From Candidatus Moraniibacteriota bacterium (lineage in GTDB: Bacteria > Patescibacteriota > Minisyncoccia > Moranbacterales > UBA1568), in NCBI GenBank assembly GCA_013334245.1, contig JAAXXZ010000004.1, positions 127 to 64,126 of the forward strand: DNA of 64,000 nt. Direction: 5' to 3'. Both the position numbers and the translations under genes were made by a program. The notes beneath the pieces are model-generated. The model made no database searches. It was not told the DNA's origin and saw only the letters and a program-made list of their open reading frames with translations. Numbering within the stretch: position 1 is the first letter of the stretch; each line of letters begins with the position of its first letter. Shown here one piece after another: positions 39,102-49,697 of the stretch.

Positions 39102-39452
39102 ATGACCGCTTCGCCCAGATGGCTCTCGTTCGCTGCCGCAGGCATCGTCATAACGGCACTCATTATCGGCGGATGGTATGTCGTATTCAGAGATACCGAT
39201 ACGGTGAAAACCGGCTCAGTCGGCAAGGAGCGGTTTTCGGAAACGACTTCGGAAACAACTCCCTCATCCGCTGTTTCCTCCGAGTCGGAACCGCAGGAGA
39301 AGGAGCTCCCGGCGAAAAGTACCGGTGTGCTCGTCGGTGCGACGGCAAGCCATGATGAGTCCGACGATTTTTCCCGAGGAACACAGGAGGACGATGATGA
39401 GATCGATACCGATGACAGTATCTCCGTCGATGTGGAGACCGAGGAAGAATAG
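39102..39452 (+). CDS. Small membrane-anchored acidic protein
   Basis: One TM followed by a Ser/Glu/Asp-rich tail. Confidence 0.35.
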   Translation: MTASPRWLSFAAAGIVITALIIGGWYVVFRDTDTVKTGSVGKERFSETTSETTPSSAVSSESEPQEKELPAKSTGVLVGATASHDESDDFSRGTQEDDDEIDTDDSISVDVETEEE

Positions 39453-39676
39453 CGGATAGGACTTTTTCGTGGTTCCTGACGACGATACCGAGCCTCTTTT
39501 TCTCAGGATAAGAAGGGGTCGGTATCGTTATAAATGGCGGGTCCGGAGAGGGTGTCAGAAAATTTTTTTCTTGTCGCCGAGAGGCGATAGCACGACGCGC
39601 CTGCCCGTAAACGGGTTGGCGTTTTTCAAAAACCCCTAAATTCTTAGTAATCCTTGCCTTTTCGCCCCAGAGGGGT

Positions 39677-42445
39677 ATGGTGGAGGTGTTAGTATCAGTA
39701 AAAAGGTACCTGATCCCTTTTCTGCTAAGCAATATGGCCACTGTATTGGACAAAATTGAAGTAATAAACGAAAAGATCAATAAGAATATTAGCATTCTTG
39801 GAAGTAGTCAGAGAGGTCTTGCATCTCAGGATATTCTTAAAAGCCTGCGTGATTTAATCGAGCATACTGCTGTTTTGATTCATGTGGGAAGTGAAGCAGA
39901 ATTCAACCGTGTTACAAAAGATGCGGGTATGTCCCACATCAAACAAGATCCAGGTAGGTATAGTTTTTTGTACAGATTTCACGACAGAATACAGCTAGCC
40001 TTGTCTCACTATGAGCCAAATGAGAGTGACGCGGAAATGCTTATGCTGGGCTACATGCACGACTTGTTTCTAGTAAAAAAATTTTACATTGAAAACTACA
40101 AACATAGCCTATTGCAGGAGTTGCGGAATTATCCGCTAAACCTTGATCCTGGTTTGTCGGAATACTACAAGGCGGTAATTGAAAAACTAAATAATGGTGA
40201 ATATGAAAAAGAGGCAGATAGAGCTGATTTTTACATTGATAGAGTAAAGCCTTTAATTATTGATGACGAACTGTATTACGAAGTAACCTTTCGTCCTGCG
40301 ACAAACAATTTTGCAAAGTTCAATAAAACAGTTGCCTTTACAAGGCAGAGAATTACAACAAATTACGCCCTCCGACTTAGATTGGCACGTACCCAAATAA
40401 ATGTATTTGACACTAAATCGCGCGCTTTGATTATTTTGGATTACGAAATATCGATACGACCTTGTGAGATACAACACCTTGGGATGATATTTGATCGAGG
40501 CTTTACATTCAATAGCAGAGACAAAGAGTACCAGAATTTAATGAGCGCTCTTAAGGTGAGTCAACTTACACTTTTGGAAATAGCCATTTTGTCCGAGGAG
40601 AGGTATGAAAAGTTTAAGCAGTATATAAGTGCTGGTACGAGTTCTGTAAACATCAAAAATGTCATTGAAAAATGTCGACAGGTAATTTTGAATAACAACG
40701 ACGGTGCAAATATACTCAGGTATCTCCTTACCAACCTAAACAATGTTGTATTAAAGAAACAACTCTTTCAAGAACCATGCGGTATTCTTTCCAATCTATA
40801 CTTGAAAAATAGTTGCAAAGTATTCGATACCATGCCTTTTTGCTCATCGTTGAAGGAACACAATCCAACGAAACTTTCATTAATCAATTGCATATCTCCA
40901 GAGGGCAGGCATCATGAATTTTTGGCAAGGCGCGTGAATCAAAACACAAGAACTCGGAAAATTCTCTATACTCCGTTAGATGAAGTTGAAAAAGTTTATG
41001 CTGTAGACAAGGAGATTGAGACCTTCAATTCAAAAGTGTGGTGGGGACATAAACCTAAGCGATTACTAAGAAAATACTCTAAATATATATACGAGCATGG
41101 TGCAGAGAGTGATTGTTACGAAATATATACCAAATTATTAAGTTTTACCGATTCTTGTATTAAAGACTATCAAACACTTATTGATTTGTGGCTTGATCAG
41201 CAAGTTGAAAATGTAATTGATTCAGAGCAGAAGAAACAGGCGCTACGGCAGCTCTTTGCTAAATCTAGCGTAGCTCTGATTTATGGATCAGCAGGTACAG
41301 GTAAAACAAAGATGATCGAATATATCGACAGTGTTTTTCTTGGCGAAAAGAAAGTTTTTTTATCCAACACATGGGCATCAGTGAATAACCTTAGACATAG
41401 AATTGGTGAAAGCGACAGACGTTTTTTTTCGACAGTTTCTTCCTACTTATGCCACATAGATCATTACGATGAGGCGGAAATACTTTTTATAGATGAGTGT
41501 AGTACGGTGTGTAATGACGATCTGCTGAAAGTATTAAAACATAAGAAGTTTAAGAAAATTGTGCTAGTTGGTGATGTGTACCAAATTGAAGCAATAGATT
41601 TTGGAAATTGGTTTTATCTCTGTAAGAATTTATTGCCCGAGCATTGTATTTTTGAACTAGATGACACACATCGAACTAAGAAAGAAGATCTGAAATTATA
41701 CTGGTCAGCTGTTCGGAATGCTGTTTATGAGGTTCGTGAAATTGCATCCAGAGGACAATTCTCTCAGCCAATCGACCAATTTATAAAAAGTTACAAAGAT
41801 AGCGAAGATCAAATTGTACTGTGTTTAAATTATGATGGATTGTACGGAATTAACAATTTAAACAAATTACTACAAGAAAAAAACCCAAATGAGGGAATAG
41901 ATTGGGGAAGTGTTCATACATATAAAGCTGGAGATCCGATTATTTTCACTGAGACATCGAAATATGCTCCTGTTTTGTACAACAATCTAAAAGGACGTAT
42001 AACAAAAATTACTGCTAGTAGTGACGAAATACAATTTGAAATAATAATTGATTATTCGCCCAACCCGTTTGATGCGCAGAGTCGCGGTATTAAATTTTTA
42101 GAAAATCTTCCAGAGGGAAAGTCCAAGATAGGTTTATCCGTCAGCAAACTAGAGAATGTCGATGAAGATTTAGATGATTCTGACAGATTAGTTCCATTCC
42201 AAGTATCCTATGCCACGTCTATTCATAAGGCTCAGGGTTTAGAGTATAAAACTGTAAAGCTTGTTTTTGTTGATGAAGTTCAAGATATGGTTACTCATAG
42301 CATCTTTTACACAGCTATAACCAGAGCAAAGGAAAGGTTAGAGATATATTGGTCGCCTGAAACTGCAAGCAAGGTATATGAGCGCATTAAATCAAATTTA
42401 AACAAAAAAGATGCGTGCATTTTTAAAAGCAAATTTAAGCTATAG
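39677..42445 (+). CDS. 922-aa protein: about 500-aa N-terminal domain of unknown function fused to a C-terminal RecD/Dda-like SF1 helicase core
   Basis: Walker A GSAGTGKT, Walker B ILFIDECS, motif III VLVGDVYQ, motif V/VI SYATSIHKAQGLEYKTV; about 35% GC versus a 60% backbone; alternative start ATG 39743. Confidence 0.7.
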   Translation: MVEVLVSVKRYLIPFLLSNMATVLDKIEVINEKINKNISILGSSQRGLASQDILKSLRDLIEHTAVLIHVGSEAEFNRVTKDAGMSHIKQDPGRYSFLYRFHDRIQLALSHYEPNESDAEMLMLGYMHDLFLVKKFYIENYKHSLLQELRNYPLNLDPGLSEYYKAVIEKLNNGEYEKEADRADFYIDRVKPLIIDDELYYEVTFRPATNNFAKFNKTVAFTRQRITTNYALRLRLARTQINVFDTKSRALIILDYEISIRPCEIQHLGMIFDRGFTFNSRDKEYQNLMSALKVSQLTLLEIAILSEERYEKFKQYISAGTSSVNIKNVIEKCRQVILNNNDGANILRYLLTNLNNVVLKKQLFQEPCGILSNLYLKNSCKVFDTMPFCSSLKEHNPTKLSLINCISPEGRHHEFLARRVNQNTRTRKILYTPLDEVEKVYAVDKEIETFNSKVWWGHKPKRLLRKYSKYIYEHGAESDCYEIYTKLLSFTDSCIKDYQTLIDLWLDQQVENVIDSEQKKQALRQLFAKSSVALIYGSAGTGKTKMIEYIDSVFLGEKKVFLSNTWASVNNLRHRIGESDRRFFSTVSSYLCHIDHYDEAEILFIDECSTVCNDDLLKVLKHKKFKKIVLVGDVYQIEAIDFGNWFYLCKNLLPEHCIFELDDTHRTKKEDLKLYWSAVRNAVYEVREIASRGQFSQPIDQFIKSYKDSEDQIVLCLNYDGLYGINNLNKLLQEKNPNEGIDWGSVHTYKAGDPIIFTETSKYAPVLYNNLKGRITKITASSDEIQFEIIIDYSPNPFDAQSRGIKFLENLPEGKSKIGLSVSKLENVDEDLDDSDRLVPFQVSYATSIHKAQGLEYKTVKLVFVDEVQDMVTHSIFYTAITRAKERLEIYWSPETASKVYERIKSNLNKKDACIFKSKFKL

Positions 42446-42530
42446 TAGAAACTTACGACATTAACATGAGTTACACAAAATCATTTTAAAAAATTGCACC
42501 AACAGCTTTTTAAAAATGAAGCGGAGAGTC

Positions 42531-42555
42531 AGAAAAGGGGTCAGGCACTTTTTTA
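42531..42555 (+). other. 24-nt motif GAAAAGGGGTCAGGCACTTTTTTA, 85 bp downstream of the helicase-like gene (copy A)
   Basis: 22 of 24 positions identical to 61014-61037 (copy B) downstream of the OLD-family gene. Confidence 0.5.
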
Positions 42556-42830
42556 TTCTCATCATTGATCTAATCAATTGAAATAATTTTCCAATGAGTT
42601 GTTGAGGCGATGCGGATGCGTTTTCCCTCAACCCAGCCCTTTCCCAACGGGAGAGGAGGTACAAGGTCGGTTTTCTGATATTGGGGCAAAGATTCCCGTT
42701 TCCACGGGAATGACAAAAACTGAATCGGATTCGAGAGTCGGAATATTGGAAGATGTGGTGTCGAATTGCCGAATTACCGATCTGTTATTATTCCGGTAGA
42801 TTGATTTCGATATCCTGAAATGAAAACGTT

Positions 42831-43445
42831 ATGGATCTCGATGACATCATACGACGCATGCGGTCCTCACACGGCATTCTCTATATCCTGTGCGGTCTTC
42901 CGTATTCCGGAAAGACGTATGCGGCTCGGAAGATCCTCGATGCCGTCCCGTGCGTGTACGTGAGCGTGGACGATATCCTGGAAGCGCTCGGGTATGACTG
43001 GAACGCGGGAAAACTGCCCGACGAAAAGGGATGGGAATCGGTCATGGATATCTCGTATCGACGGACCCGTGAAGCCCTCTGGGATTCCAAGAACGTGCTG
43101 TACGATTCGACGAATCACACGAAAATCAGTCGTGACGAGCTGCGGAAGGTCGCGGACGATGCGGGTGCCGGTTCGCGGGTGGTGTTTGTCGATGCGCCGG
43201 CCGGGGTTGTGAGGCGACGCTGGGAGGAAAACAAGACCAGCAGGAAACGATTCGTTTTAAGCGAAGAGCTTCTAGACATGACCATCGACGCTTTGGAAGT
43301 TCCCGGATCGGACGAAGATCCATGGATCGTGGCTCGATGGTATGATCCGTATCCAGGGGGCGGGGACCGTGCGTGGGGCGGAATGTACCCCATGTTTTTC
43401 TCCGCTTTCGTAAACGGTGGCTTTATAGTAAGCTTGACGCAGTGA
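42831..43445 (+). CDS. P-loop kinase-like protein (AAA_33 / zeta-toxin-like fold)
   Basis: P-loop GLPYSGKTY and a Walker-B-like VVFVDAP. Confidence 0.5.
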   Translation: MDLDDIIRRMRSSHGILYILCGLPYSGKTYAARKILDAVPCVYVSVDDILEALGYDWNAGKLPDEKGWESVMDISYRRTREALWDSKNVLYDSTNHTKISRDELRKVADDAGAGSRVVFVDAPAGVVRRRWEENKTSRKRFVLSEELLDMTIDALEVPGSDEDPWIVARWYDPYPGGGDRAWGGMYPMFFSAFVNGGFIVSLTQ

Positions 43446-43461
43446 ACGAACCCTTCCGCTT

Positions 43462-44850
43462 ATGACCGACAAGTCGATAAATCATCCCGAAAAGAAAGGG
43501 AACGGCATCCTCCGGGGGTTGAGCAAGACCGAGCACATCGCGCTCAATATCTTCAAAACCATGCTGAGCCGGAAGCGGTTCAACCGGTTTCTGCATATCC
43601 TGGGACCCGGACTGGTGACCGGTGCCGCCGACGACGACCCATCCGGAATTGCGACCTATTCGCAGGCGGGTGCAGGGAACGGACTCGGGCTCCTGTGGGC
43701 GTTCCCGCTCATGTATCCGTTTCTCCTGGCCGTGCAGGAAAGCTGCTCCCGTATCGGGGCCATCACCGGCAAGGGCCTTGCGGCAGTCATCAAGGAGCAT
43801 TACGGACGGCCGCTCCTGGTCATGTCGGTCGGATTGGTGGTCGTCGCGAATACGGTCAATATCGGTGCGGATCTCGGCGCGATGGCCGCGACAACGCAAC
43901 TCTTCGTAAATATCCCGTTCGCGCTCCTGGCGATCTTCTATGCCGTCGTCATCGTCTTGCTGGTCATTTTCGTCAGTTACAAGCAGTATGCGAAACTGTT
44001 GAAGTGGCTCGCCTTGGCATTGTTTTCCTATCCTATCGCGGCATTCATGGTCGGACAGGACTGGATGGACGTGTTCCGGAACACGTTCACCCTGACCCCG
44101 AGAATTGATTTCGAAACCATGTACCTGTTCGTGGGCATGCTTGGGACGACCATTTCTCCCTATCTCTTCTTCTGGGACACGTCGGAAGTCGTCGAAGAGG
44201 AGATCGCGAATCACAACCGTTCCAAGATCGGCGAGGACCCGAAGCGAACCAAGCGGTTTCTGCACAACCTTCGCGTCGACAATTTCGTCGGTATGACGCT
44301 CGCGAGCGTGACCGCGTGGTTCATCGTGATCGCCTGCGCGTCCACCCTGCATGCGGGCGGCATTACGGAAATCAACACGGCCGCGGACGCCGCACAGGCG
44401 CTCGAACCGCTGGTCCGGAATTTCCCGAACTCCGGCTTCGTGGCGAAGCTCATCTTTTCCGTCGGTATCATCGGCCTCGGGCTTCTGGCCGTGCCGGTGC
44501 TTGCCGGTTCGTCCTCGTATGCGATTAGCGAGGCGTGCGGGCTGAAGGAAGGCCTGTATCGGAAGTTCCGGAAGGCGAAGGGTTTCTATATGATCATCAT
44601 CATCGCGACGGTCGTCGGACTGGCGATGAACTTCATCGGACTCGATCCGATCAAGGCGCTCGTCTTCACCGCCGTATTCAACGGTGTCGCCGCGGTGCCG
44701 CTCCTTTTCATGATCGCCAAGGTCGGCAACAACGCGGACATCATGGGCGAATACAAAAACGGCCGCGTCTCGAACGTGTTCGTCCGGCTTGCCTTCGCCA
44801 TCATGACGCTCGCGACGCTGGTCCTGTTCTACTCGTTTTTCCGAGCGTAA
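43462..44850 (+). CDS. mntH: NRAMP-family divalent metal transporter
   Basis: 11-12 TM; DDDPSGIATYSQAGA at the position of the DPGN metal-binding motif. Confidence 0.75.
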   Translation: MTDKSINHPEKKGNGILRGLSKTEHIALNIFKTMLSRKRFNRFLHILGPGLVTGAADDDPSGIATYSQAGAGNGLGLLWAFPLMYPFLLAVQESCSRIGAITGKGLAAVIKEHYGRPLLVMSVGLVVVANTVNIGADLGAMAATTQLFVNIPFALLAIFYAVVIVLLVIFVSYKQYAKLLKWLALALFSYPIAAFMVGQDWMDVFRNTFTLTPRIDFETMYLFVGMLGTTISPYLFFWDTSEVVEEEIANHNRSKIGEDPKRTKRFLHNLRVDNFVGMTLASVTAWFIVIACASTLHAGGITEINTAADAAQALEPLVRNFPNSGFVAKLIFSVGIIGLGLLAVPVLAGSSSYAISEACGLKEGLYRKFRKAKGFYMIIIIATVVGLAMNFIGLDPIKALVFTAVFNGVAAVPLLFMIAKVGNNADIMGEYKNGRVSNVFVRLAFAIMTLATLVLFYSFFRA

Positions 44851-45021
44851 TAAGCACTTCGAATTGGGATAATGCCCTTTGGTTTTTTCTTTCGATATGA
44901 TTACGTCAGAATGGATAAGTGGGGTCTGCTGTCTGTCATGAAAAAATGGTTTTTGCTTTCTTGTCTCCCGAAGACGGTATATACTAGGGTAGATTTCCGA
45001 TTGACTGTGCCGTTCCTGCGT

Positions 45022-48000
45022 ATGAAGATAAACCGAGTCGTCTTAGTTCCGATTTTACTGGGTGGGTTGTTCATGTTTTCGTGCTCCGCTTCGGCGGCAA
45101 CGTTATGGGAAGACACCTTCGATCGCGCCGATGGTGCGGTGGGGAACGGGTGGGTCGGAACGGGTGACACCACAGCCGAAATTTCCAGCAACGCTCTTCA
45201 TAGGACCTCTTCCGACGGGTATACTATCTATTATAATCCAGCCGGTGGCACGCTTCCGGCAGATTATTATATTACGGTTACATTGCCGAATTCTCAAATC
45301 AGGAGTCATTTTTGGGGGATTATTGGAAGATATCTTCCGCCGGGTTCAGGCATGGGAAGCGGTAATAAGATTTTTTGGACCGATCAAGGCTTTATGTCAT
45401 CGGGTGTCGGAAATGCCGAGTATGAGAACAATTTTTCTTTGACGATGACAGGCGGATATCCGGAAAGCTGGTCGCTTGATCAGGATCATTCCGTGACTCT
45501 CCATTATCAGGATTCGAGGGTCACGGCCTATCTCGATGGGGAAGAATTGGGCTATTTTACAGACACAACGAATGATCAGGTCGGAACTGGAGTCGGGTTT
45601 GTTGGTGACAATGGAACCTTCCGTGATATTCGCGTGACTGATGATCTTCCAAAATATCTCCCGTTTGGGTCGGATGCGGTGGACCCGATCGTTTCAAATA
45701 TCTTCTCGACGACCACGGAGTCCGACGCGACAATTGTGTGGAATACGGATGAATTGACCCAGGTGACGATCGAATATGGCCTTACCGACGCATATGGAAG
45801 TTCCGTTTCCACCGAGGCCTGGACAACCAATCACTTGATGACGGTTAGCGGGCTCTCTGCTGGAACGACTTATCACTACCGCATCGTCTCGAACGATTTC
45901 GCCGGTAACGTAGCCGAGTCCTCAGACTATATATTATCAACGATAGCTTCCGGAGACGTGTATTGGACTGATGATTTTCATCGGGAATATGGTGCCGTGG
46001 AAAACGGATGGGTCGGTGTCAATTCGGCGGTTGGCCTCATTTCAAATGATATCTTGGAACGAACCGACGAATATCAATACCGGATTCTTTATAACCCAGC
46101 TGGTGGAGCTTTGCCGCAAAATTATTATCTGACGATGTTCGTTCCGCAGTCGACACTGGATGGAACTTTTTGGGGACTTATTGGCCGGTATTTTTCACCC
46201 GGTTCTGGTATGGGTACCGGAAACAAGGTGTTTTGGATGGATGGTGGAATTCAGTCGGCCGGAGTAGGAAATGCCGAGTTTGAGAATAATTTTTCTTTGA
46301 CGGTTACGGGGGGATATCCGGAAAGCTGGTCGCAAGATCGTGTGCATATGGTGACACTTGGCTATAATGGAAACACCGTTACCGTTTATCTTGACGGAGA
46401 AGAGCTCGGATATTTCACGGATACGACGAACAATCAGACTGGCACGGGAATCGGATTGGTCGGAGATGGCGGTGGTGACTTTTTTGTGCTCGGGACGAAA
46501 GTGACGCAAGCACTACCGGTTTTTTTGGCAGCCGGAGCAGAGCCGGACACAAATCCACCCACATTGTCACTGATAAGTGTCAATCCTGCCGAAACGACCG
46601 CCGCCGTTTCTTGGACGACAGATGAAGAAGCCAATTCATTTGTCGAATATGGATTGACGGACACATATGGGAACACCGCTTCTTCGGTTTCAATGACGAT
46701 GTCACATACTCTCGCACTTTCCGGGCTCACGGCTGGGACGACCTATCATTATCGTGTCGCTTCGACCGACGCTTCCAGCAATACGGCAACTTCAGAAGAT
46801 GCGACGTTTACGACCGATCCAGAAGGATCTACTCCGGAGGAAGTGGTGTTTCACACAACGGGTGCGACATTTTCCCCGATTTTGACAGTTGCGGACGGAG
46901 CCGTGATTGAATGGACTTTTCACGACGGGACTACGTCTAATTCAGCCTCGCCAACCAAAGCTTATGGGAGTACGGGAAACAGGGAAAACCGTTTGACGGT
47001 GACTCCGTGGAGTGCGCTGACCGAGGTGAATATCGGGTATGACGGAGGGGACGATGGGACGTTGCCAAATCCACACCTAGTACAACAAAATGTTACTGCG
47101 GTGGATGGTATGGAATATATGGCGCCGTATCTTCGCGTCTGGGCTTCATCGCAGAACCCCATAGCATCGCTTGATTTTTCCGATTTCATCTCCCTACGCA
47201 CCATTGAGTGTTTTCTCTGTCAGCAGATGACCTCAGTTGATCTTTCAAACACTCCATCGCTTGTCCGTGCGAATTTCGAGGATAATAACTTGCAGAGTCT
47301 CAATCTCTCGGAAAGTCCGGCTCTTGAGGATCTTCGCGGAGCGAACAATGGATATACGGAAATTGTCTGGGGGGATACCGGAGATAATGTGTGGCATATT
47401 TGCACGAGAGATAATCCTCAATTGAATGTAAATTTTCCTGATATGTCCCGATATCCACTTCTTGAGGAACTGTGGATCTGGAACGATAATCAAACTGGAA
47501 CGCTTGCTCCGACATCGTCCGCTCTCCGCTCGGTTCAGGCATTTGACAATCACTATACGGCAGCAGATTTTTCTGGGTTGTTTCCGTCCGGCCGGGCCGC
47601 CGAGGTGAATGTAAGCGGGAATGATCTGACGCATCTTGATGTTTCCGATAATCCTGGGCTTATGTGGCTTTATGCACAGGACAACGATCTTGATCAGGCG
47701 ACGGTTGATGCCGTACTCCACGATCTTGCAACGGTGCCAAACGGTCATAATTCCGGAGTGCTTGATTTGACTGGAAATGCGGAGCCATCGTTTTCAGGGC
47801 TTGATGACGTCTCCATTCTTGAAGCTCGAGGGTGGACGGTATCCGTGGACGGTGACGGTGTCCCCAGCGAGCCTATCGACATCTTGTACCTCAATACGTC
47901 TGCTGGATCTACGAGTGCGATTGTTTTTTGGAATACTACCAGGGAAGGGACATCGGTTATTGAGTATGGGACCGATACTCATTTTGGGTCGACTGTTTCT

Positions 48001-49647
48001 TCCGATGTAATGACTACATCGCACCATATTCTGTTGGAAAATTTACTTCCAGATACCTCGTATGTCTTCCGTGTGACGTCCGAAGATAGTGAAGGAGGCA
48101 TATTCAGTATATCAGAGAGTACTTTCCGAACGAGAGCCACGGGAGTGACCTATTGGGAAGACGACTTTCATCGGGCAGACGGATCCGTTTCGAACGGGTG
48201 GGTTTCGGTGAACGGCGCGGTGGGCGAGATCGAAAGCGAGTCACTGCTCCGCTCCGATCAGGATGACTATCGTATTTTGTATCATCAGACGGACGGGGAT
48301 TTGCCTGCGGACTATTTTGTCACCATGACGATACCGAATTTGACCGCCGGCCGTAGCTTTTGGGGACTGGTCGGACGGTATCTGCCACCGGGTGCGGATA
48401 ACGGGACCGGTACGCAGGTGTTTTGGGGCGATCAGGGTCGCGATGTGTTGAACCCGGGCAATCCGTATTGGGATAGCGTCTTGCCGATTACGGTGACGGG
48501 TGGGATTCCGGAAACATGGAACGAAAATCGTGTACATGCGGTCACGCTCGGATATGCCGGCGATGCGGTGACGATTTACCTTGACGGCGAGGCGTATGGA
48601 ACGCTCCAGAATAACACGAATATACAGACAGGGACCGGTATCGGTATCGTCGGTGACGGCCGCGGAACGGCATTCGGCGTGCTTGATGTTCGTGTGACGG
48701 ATTTTCTTCCGGATTATTCGGAACAGGTCGGCGACGAAGCTCCAGAGGTGACTTCTTTTGTCCTTCCTGAGACGTCTAATTCTTTGGTCGTTCCGATTTC
48801 CCTATTTACCGCAACGGACGATATCGGCATCACAGGATACCTGATTACGGAATCGCCGGACAATCCCGCATACGATGATCCGATGTGGAGCGTGTCGGTT
48901 CCTACCATGTTCAATTTTTCAACTGAGGGGGAGAAGACCCTTTATGCGTGGGTGAAGGACGGGTCGGGGTCGATATCGTCTTCTCTGAGCGAAACGGTTA
49001 TCGTGCGGATCGTTGATTCCGTGGCAGATGACGATACGGAAGATGACGGTGAAGAACGCGAGGAAGCGCCCGATGACTTCGAGATATCGAACGTGAAATA
49101 CGGGGTAATTGGTTCGGATAGCGTTCGGATATCGTTTTTGACGAGTAATGAGACGCGGGCGACTATCCGATATGGGACGGAATCGAACCGGTTACATCGG
49201 AAGCGAACCGAAGATCGGAAAGGGAAGCGACACACTGTTATCTTGCGAGATCTTGTCCCTGGAAAACGGTATTTCTTTCGGGTTTCCGCCGAAGACGATT
49301 ATGACCAGGATGATCGGAGCAGGATTCATTCCGTTGAACTCCCATCGCTTTCGAAAGCAGCGCCAGTCGTTTCATCCGCAGTTTCGGTGGGAAAGCCTGT
49401 GAAGATTCCGGTTTCAGTTCCGGGCGACACCCCGGTTTTTCCCGATGTTTTGCCTGAATCCGCGCCGCAGGACCTTGATAGCGAAACGCATAATACAGAG
49501 GATGTTGGTTCGGAAAGTAAAGGAATGGAGTTGACCGATAGAAATGAAAATACGGTGTCATCGTCGCCGGACGATTTGATCCCATCCACCTCGAGTGGAG
49601 CCTCGTCATTTGTCTGGTGGAACCCTTTCACCTGGTTTAAAAAATAA
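45022..49647 (+). CDS. Giant secreted surface protein with three LamG/ConA-like lectin modules alternating with FN3 domains and an LRR-like segment
   Basis: Signal peptide; three copies of W.DDFHR.DG.V.NGWVG...FWGL.GRY..PG...G.G...FW.D.G; FN3 blocks (YHYRV); LRR-like LSNTPSL..NLSESPALEDL; GC about 48%. Confidence 0.6.
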   Translation: MKINRVVLVPILLGGLFMFSCSASAATLWEDTFDRADGAVGNGWVGTGDTTAEISSNALHRTSSDGYTIYYNPAGGTLPADYYITVTLPNSQIRSHFWGIIGRYLPPGSGMGSGNKIFWTDQGFMSSGVGNAEYENNFSLTMTGGYPESWSLDQDHSVTLHYQDSRVTAYLDGEELGYFTDTTNDQVGTGVGFVGDNGTFRDIRVTDDLPKYLPFGSDAVDPIVSNIFSTTTESDATIVWNTDELTQVTIEYGLTDAYGSSVSTEAWTTNHLMTVSGLSAGTTYHYRIVSNDFAGNVAESSDYILSTIASGDVYWTDDFHREYGAVENGWVGVNSAVGLISNDILERTDEYQYRILYNPAGGALPQNYYLTMFVPQSTLDGTFWGLIGRYFSPGSGMGTGNKVFWMDGGIQSAGVGNAEFENNFSLTVTGGYPESWSQDRVHMVTLGYNGNTVTVYLDGEELGYFTDTTNNQTGTGIGLVGDGGGDFFVLGTKVTQALPVFLAAGAEPDTNPPTLSLISVNPAETTAAVSWTTDEEANSFVEYGLTDTYGNTASSVSMTMSHTLALSGLTAGTTYHYRVASTDASSNTATSEDATFTTDPEGSTPEEVVFHTTGATFSPILTVADGAVIEWTFHDGTTSNSASPTKAYGSTGNRENRLTVTPWSALTEVNIGYDGGDDGTLPNPHLVQQNVTAVDGMEYMAPYLRVWASSQNPIASLDFSDFISLRTIECFLCQQMTSVDLSNTPSLVRANFEDNNLQSLNLSESPALEDLRGANNGYTEIVWGDTGDNVWHICTRDNPQLNVNFPDMSRYPLLEELWIWNDNQTGTLAPTSSALRSVQAFDNHYTAADFSGLFPSGRAAEVNVSGNDLTHLDVSDNPGLMWLYAQDNDLDQATVDAVLHDLATVPNGHNSGVLDLTGNAEPSFSGLDDVSILEARGWTVSVDGDGVPSEPIDILYLNTSAGSTSAIVFWNTTREGTSVIEYGTDTHFGSTVSSDVMTTSHHILLENLLPDTSYVFRVTSEDSEGGIFSISESTFRTRATGVTYWEDDFHRADGSVSNGWVSVNGAVGEIESESLLRSDQDDYRILYHQTDGDLPADYFVTMTIPNLTAGRSFWGLVGRYLPPGADNGTGTQVFWGDQGRDVLNPGNPYWDSVLPITVTGGIPETWNENRVHAVTLGYAGDAVTIYLDGEAYGTLQNNTNIQTGTGIGIVGDGRGTAFGVLDVRVTDFLPDYSEQVGDEAPEVTSFVLPETSNSLVVPISLFTATDDIGITGYLITESPDNPAYDDPMWSVSVPTMFNFSTEGEKTLYAWVKDGSGSISSSLSETVIVRIVDSVADDDTEDDGEEREEAPDDFEISNVKYGVIGSDSVRISFLTSNETRATIRYGTESNRLHRKRTEDRKGKRHTVILRDLVPGKRYFFRVSAEDDYDQDDRSRIHSVELPSLSKAAPVVSSAVSVGKPVKIPVSVPGDTPVFPDVLPESAPQDLDSETHNTEDVGSESKGMELTDRNENTVSSSPDDLIPSTSSGASSFVWWNPFTWFKK
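45098..48690 (+). repeat. Three copies of an about 530-bp coding repeat (LamG-like module) at about 45098, 45960 and 48150
   Basis: About 75% nucleotide identity between modules 1 and 2, readable directly from the sequence. Confidence 0.5.
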
Positions 49648-49697
49648 GGGGAATACGTATGCTGACGATTTTATAGATGATATGTTTTAAATTCGCT

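Noticed and set aside
39677-42445. Assigning the helicase fusion to a named defence family (Hna/Nhi/Mokosh-like)
   Set aside because: No nuclease, PLD or HEPN motif could be identified by eye in the N-terminal 500 aa; the family cannot be named without profile searches
42531-42555. Shared 24-nt motif as an intrinsic terminator
   Set aside because: The sequence is not self-complementary; only the T-run resembles a terminator tail
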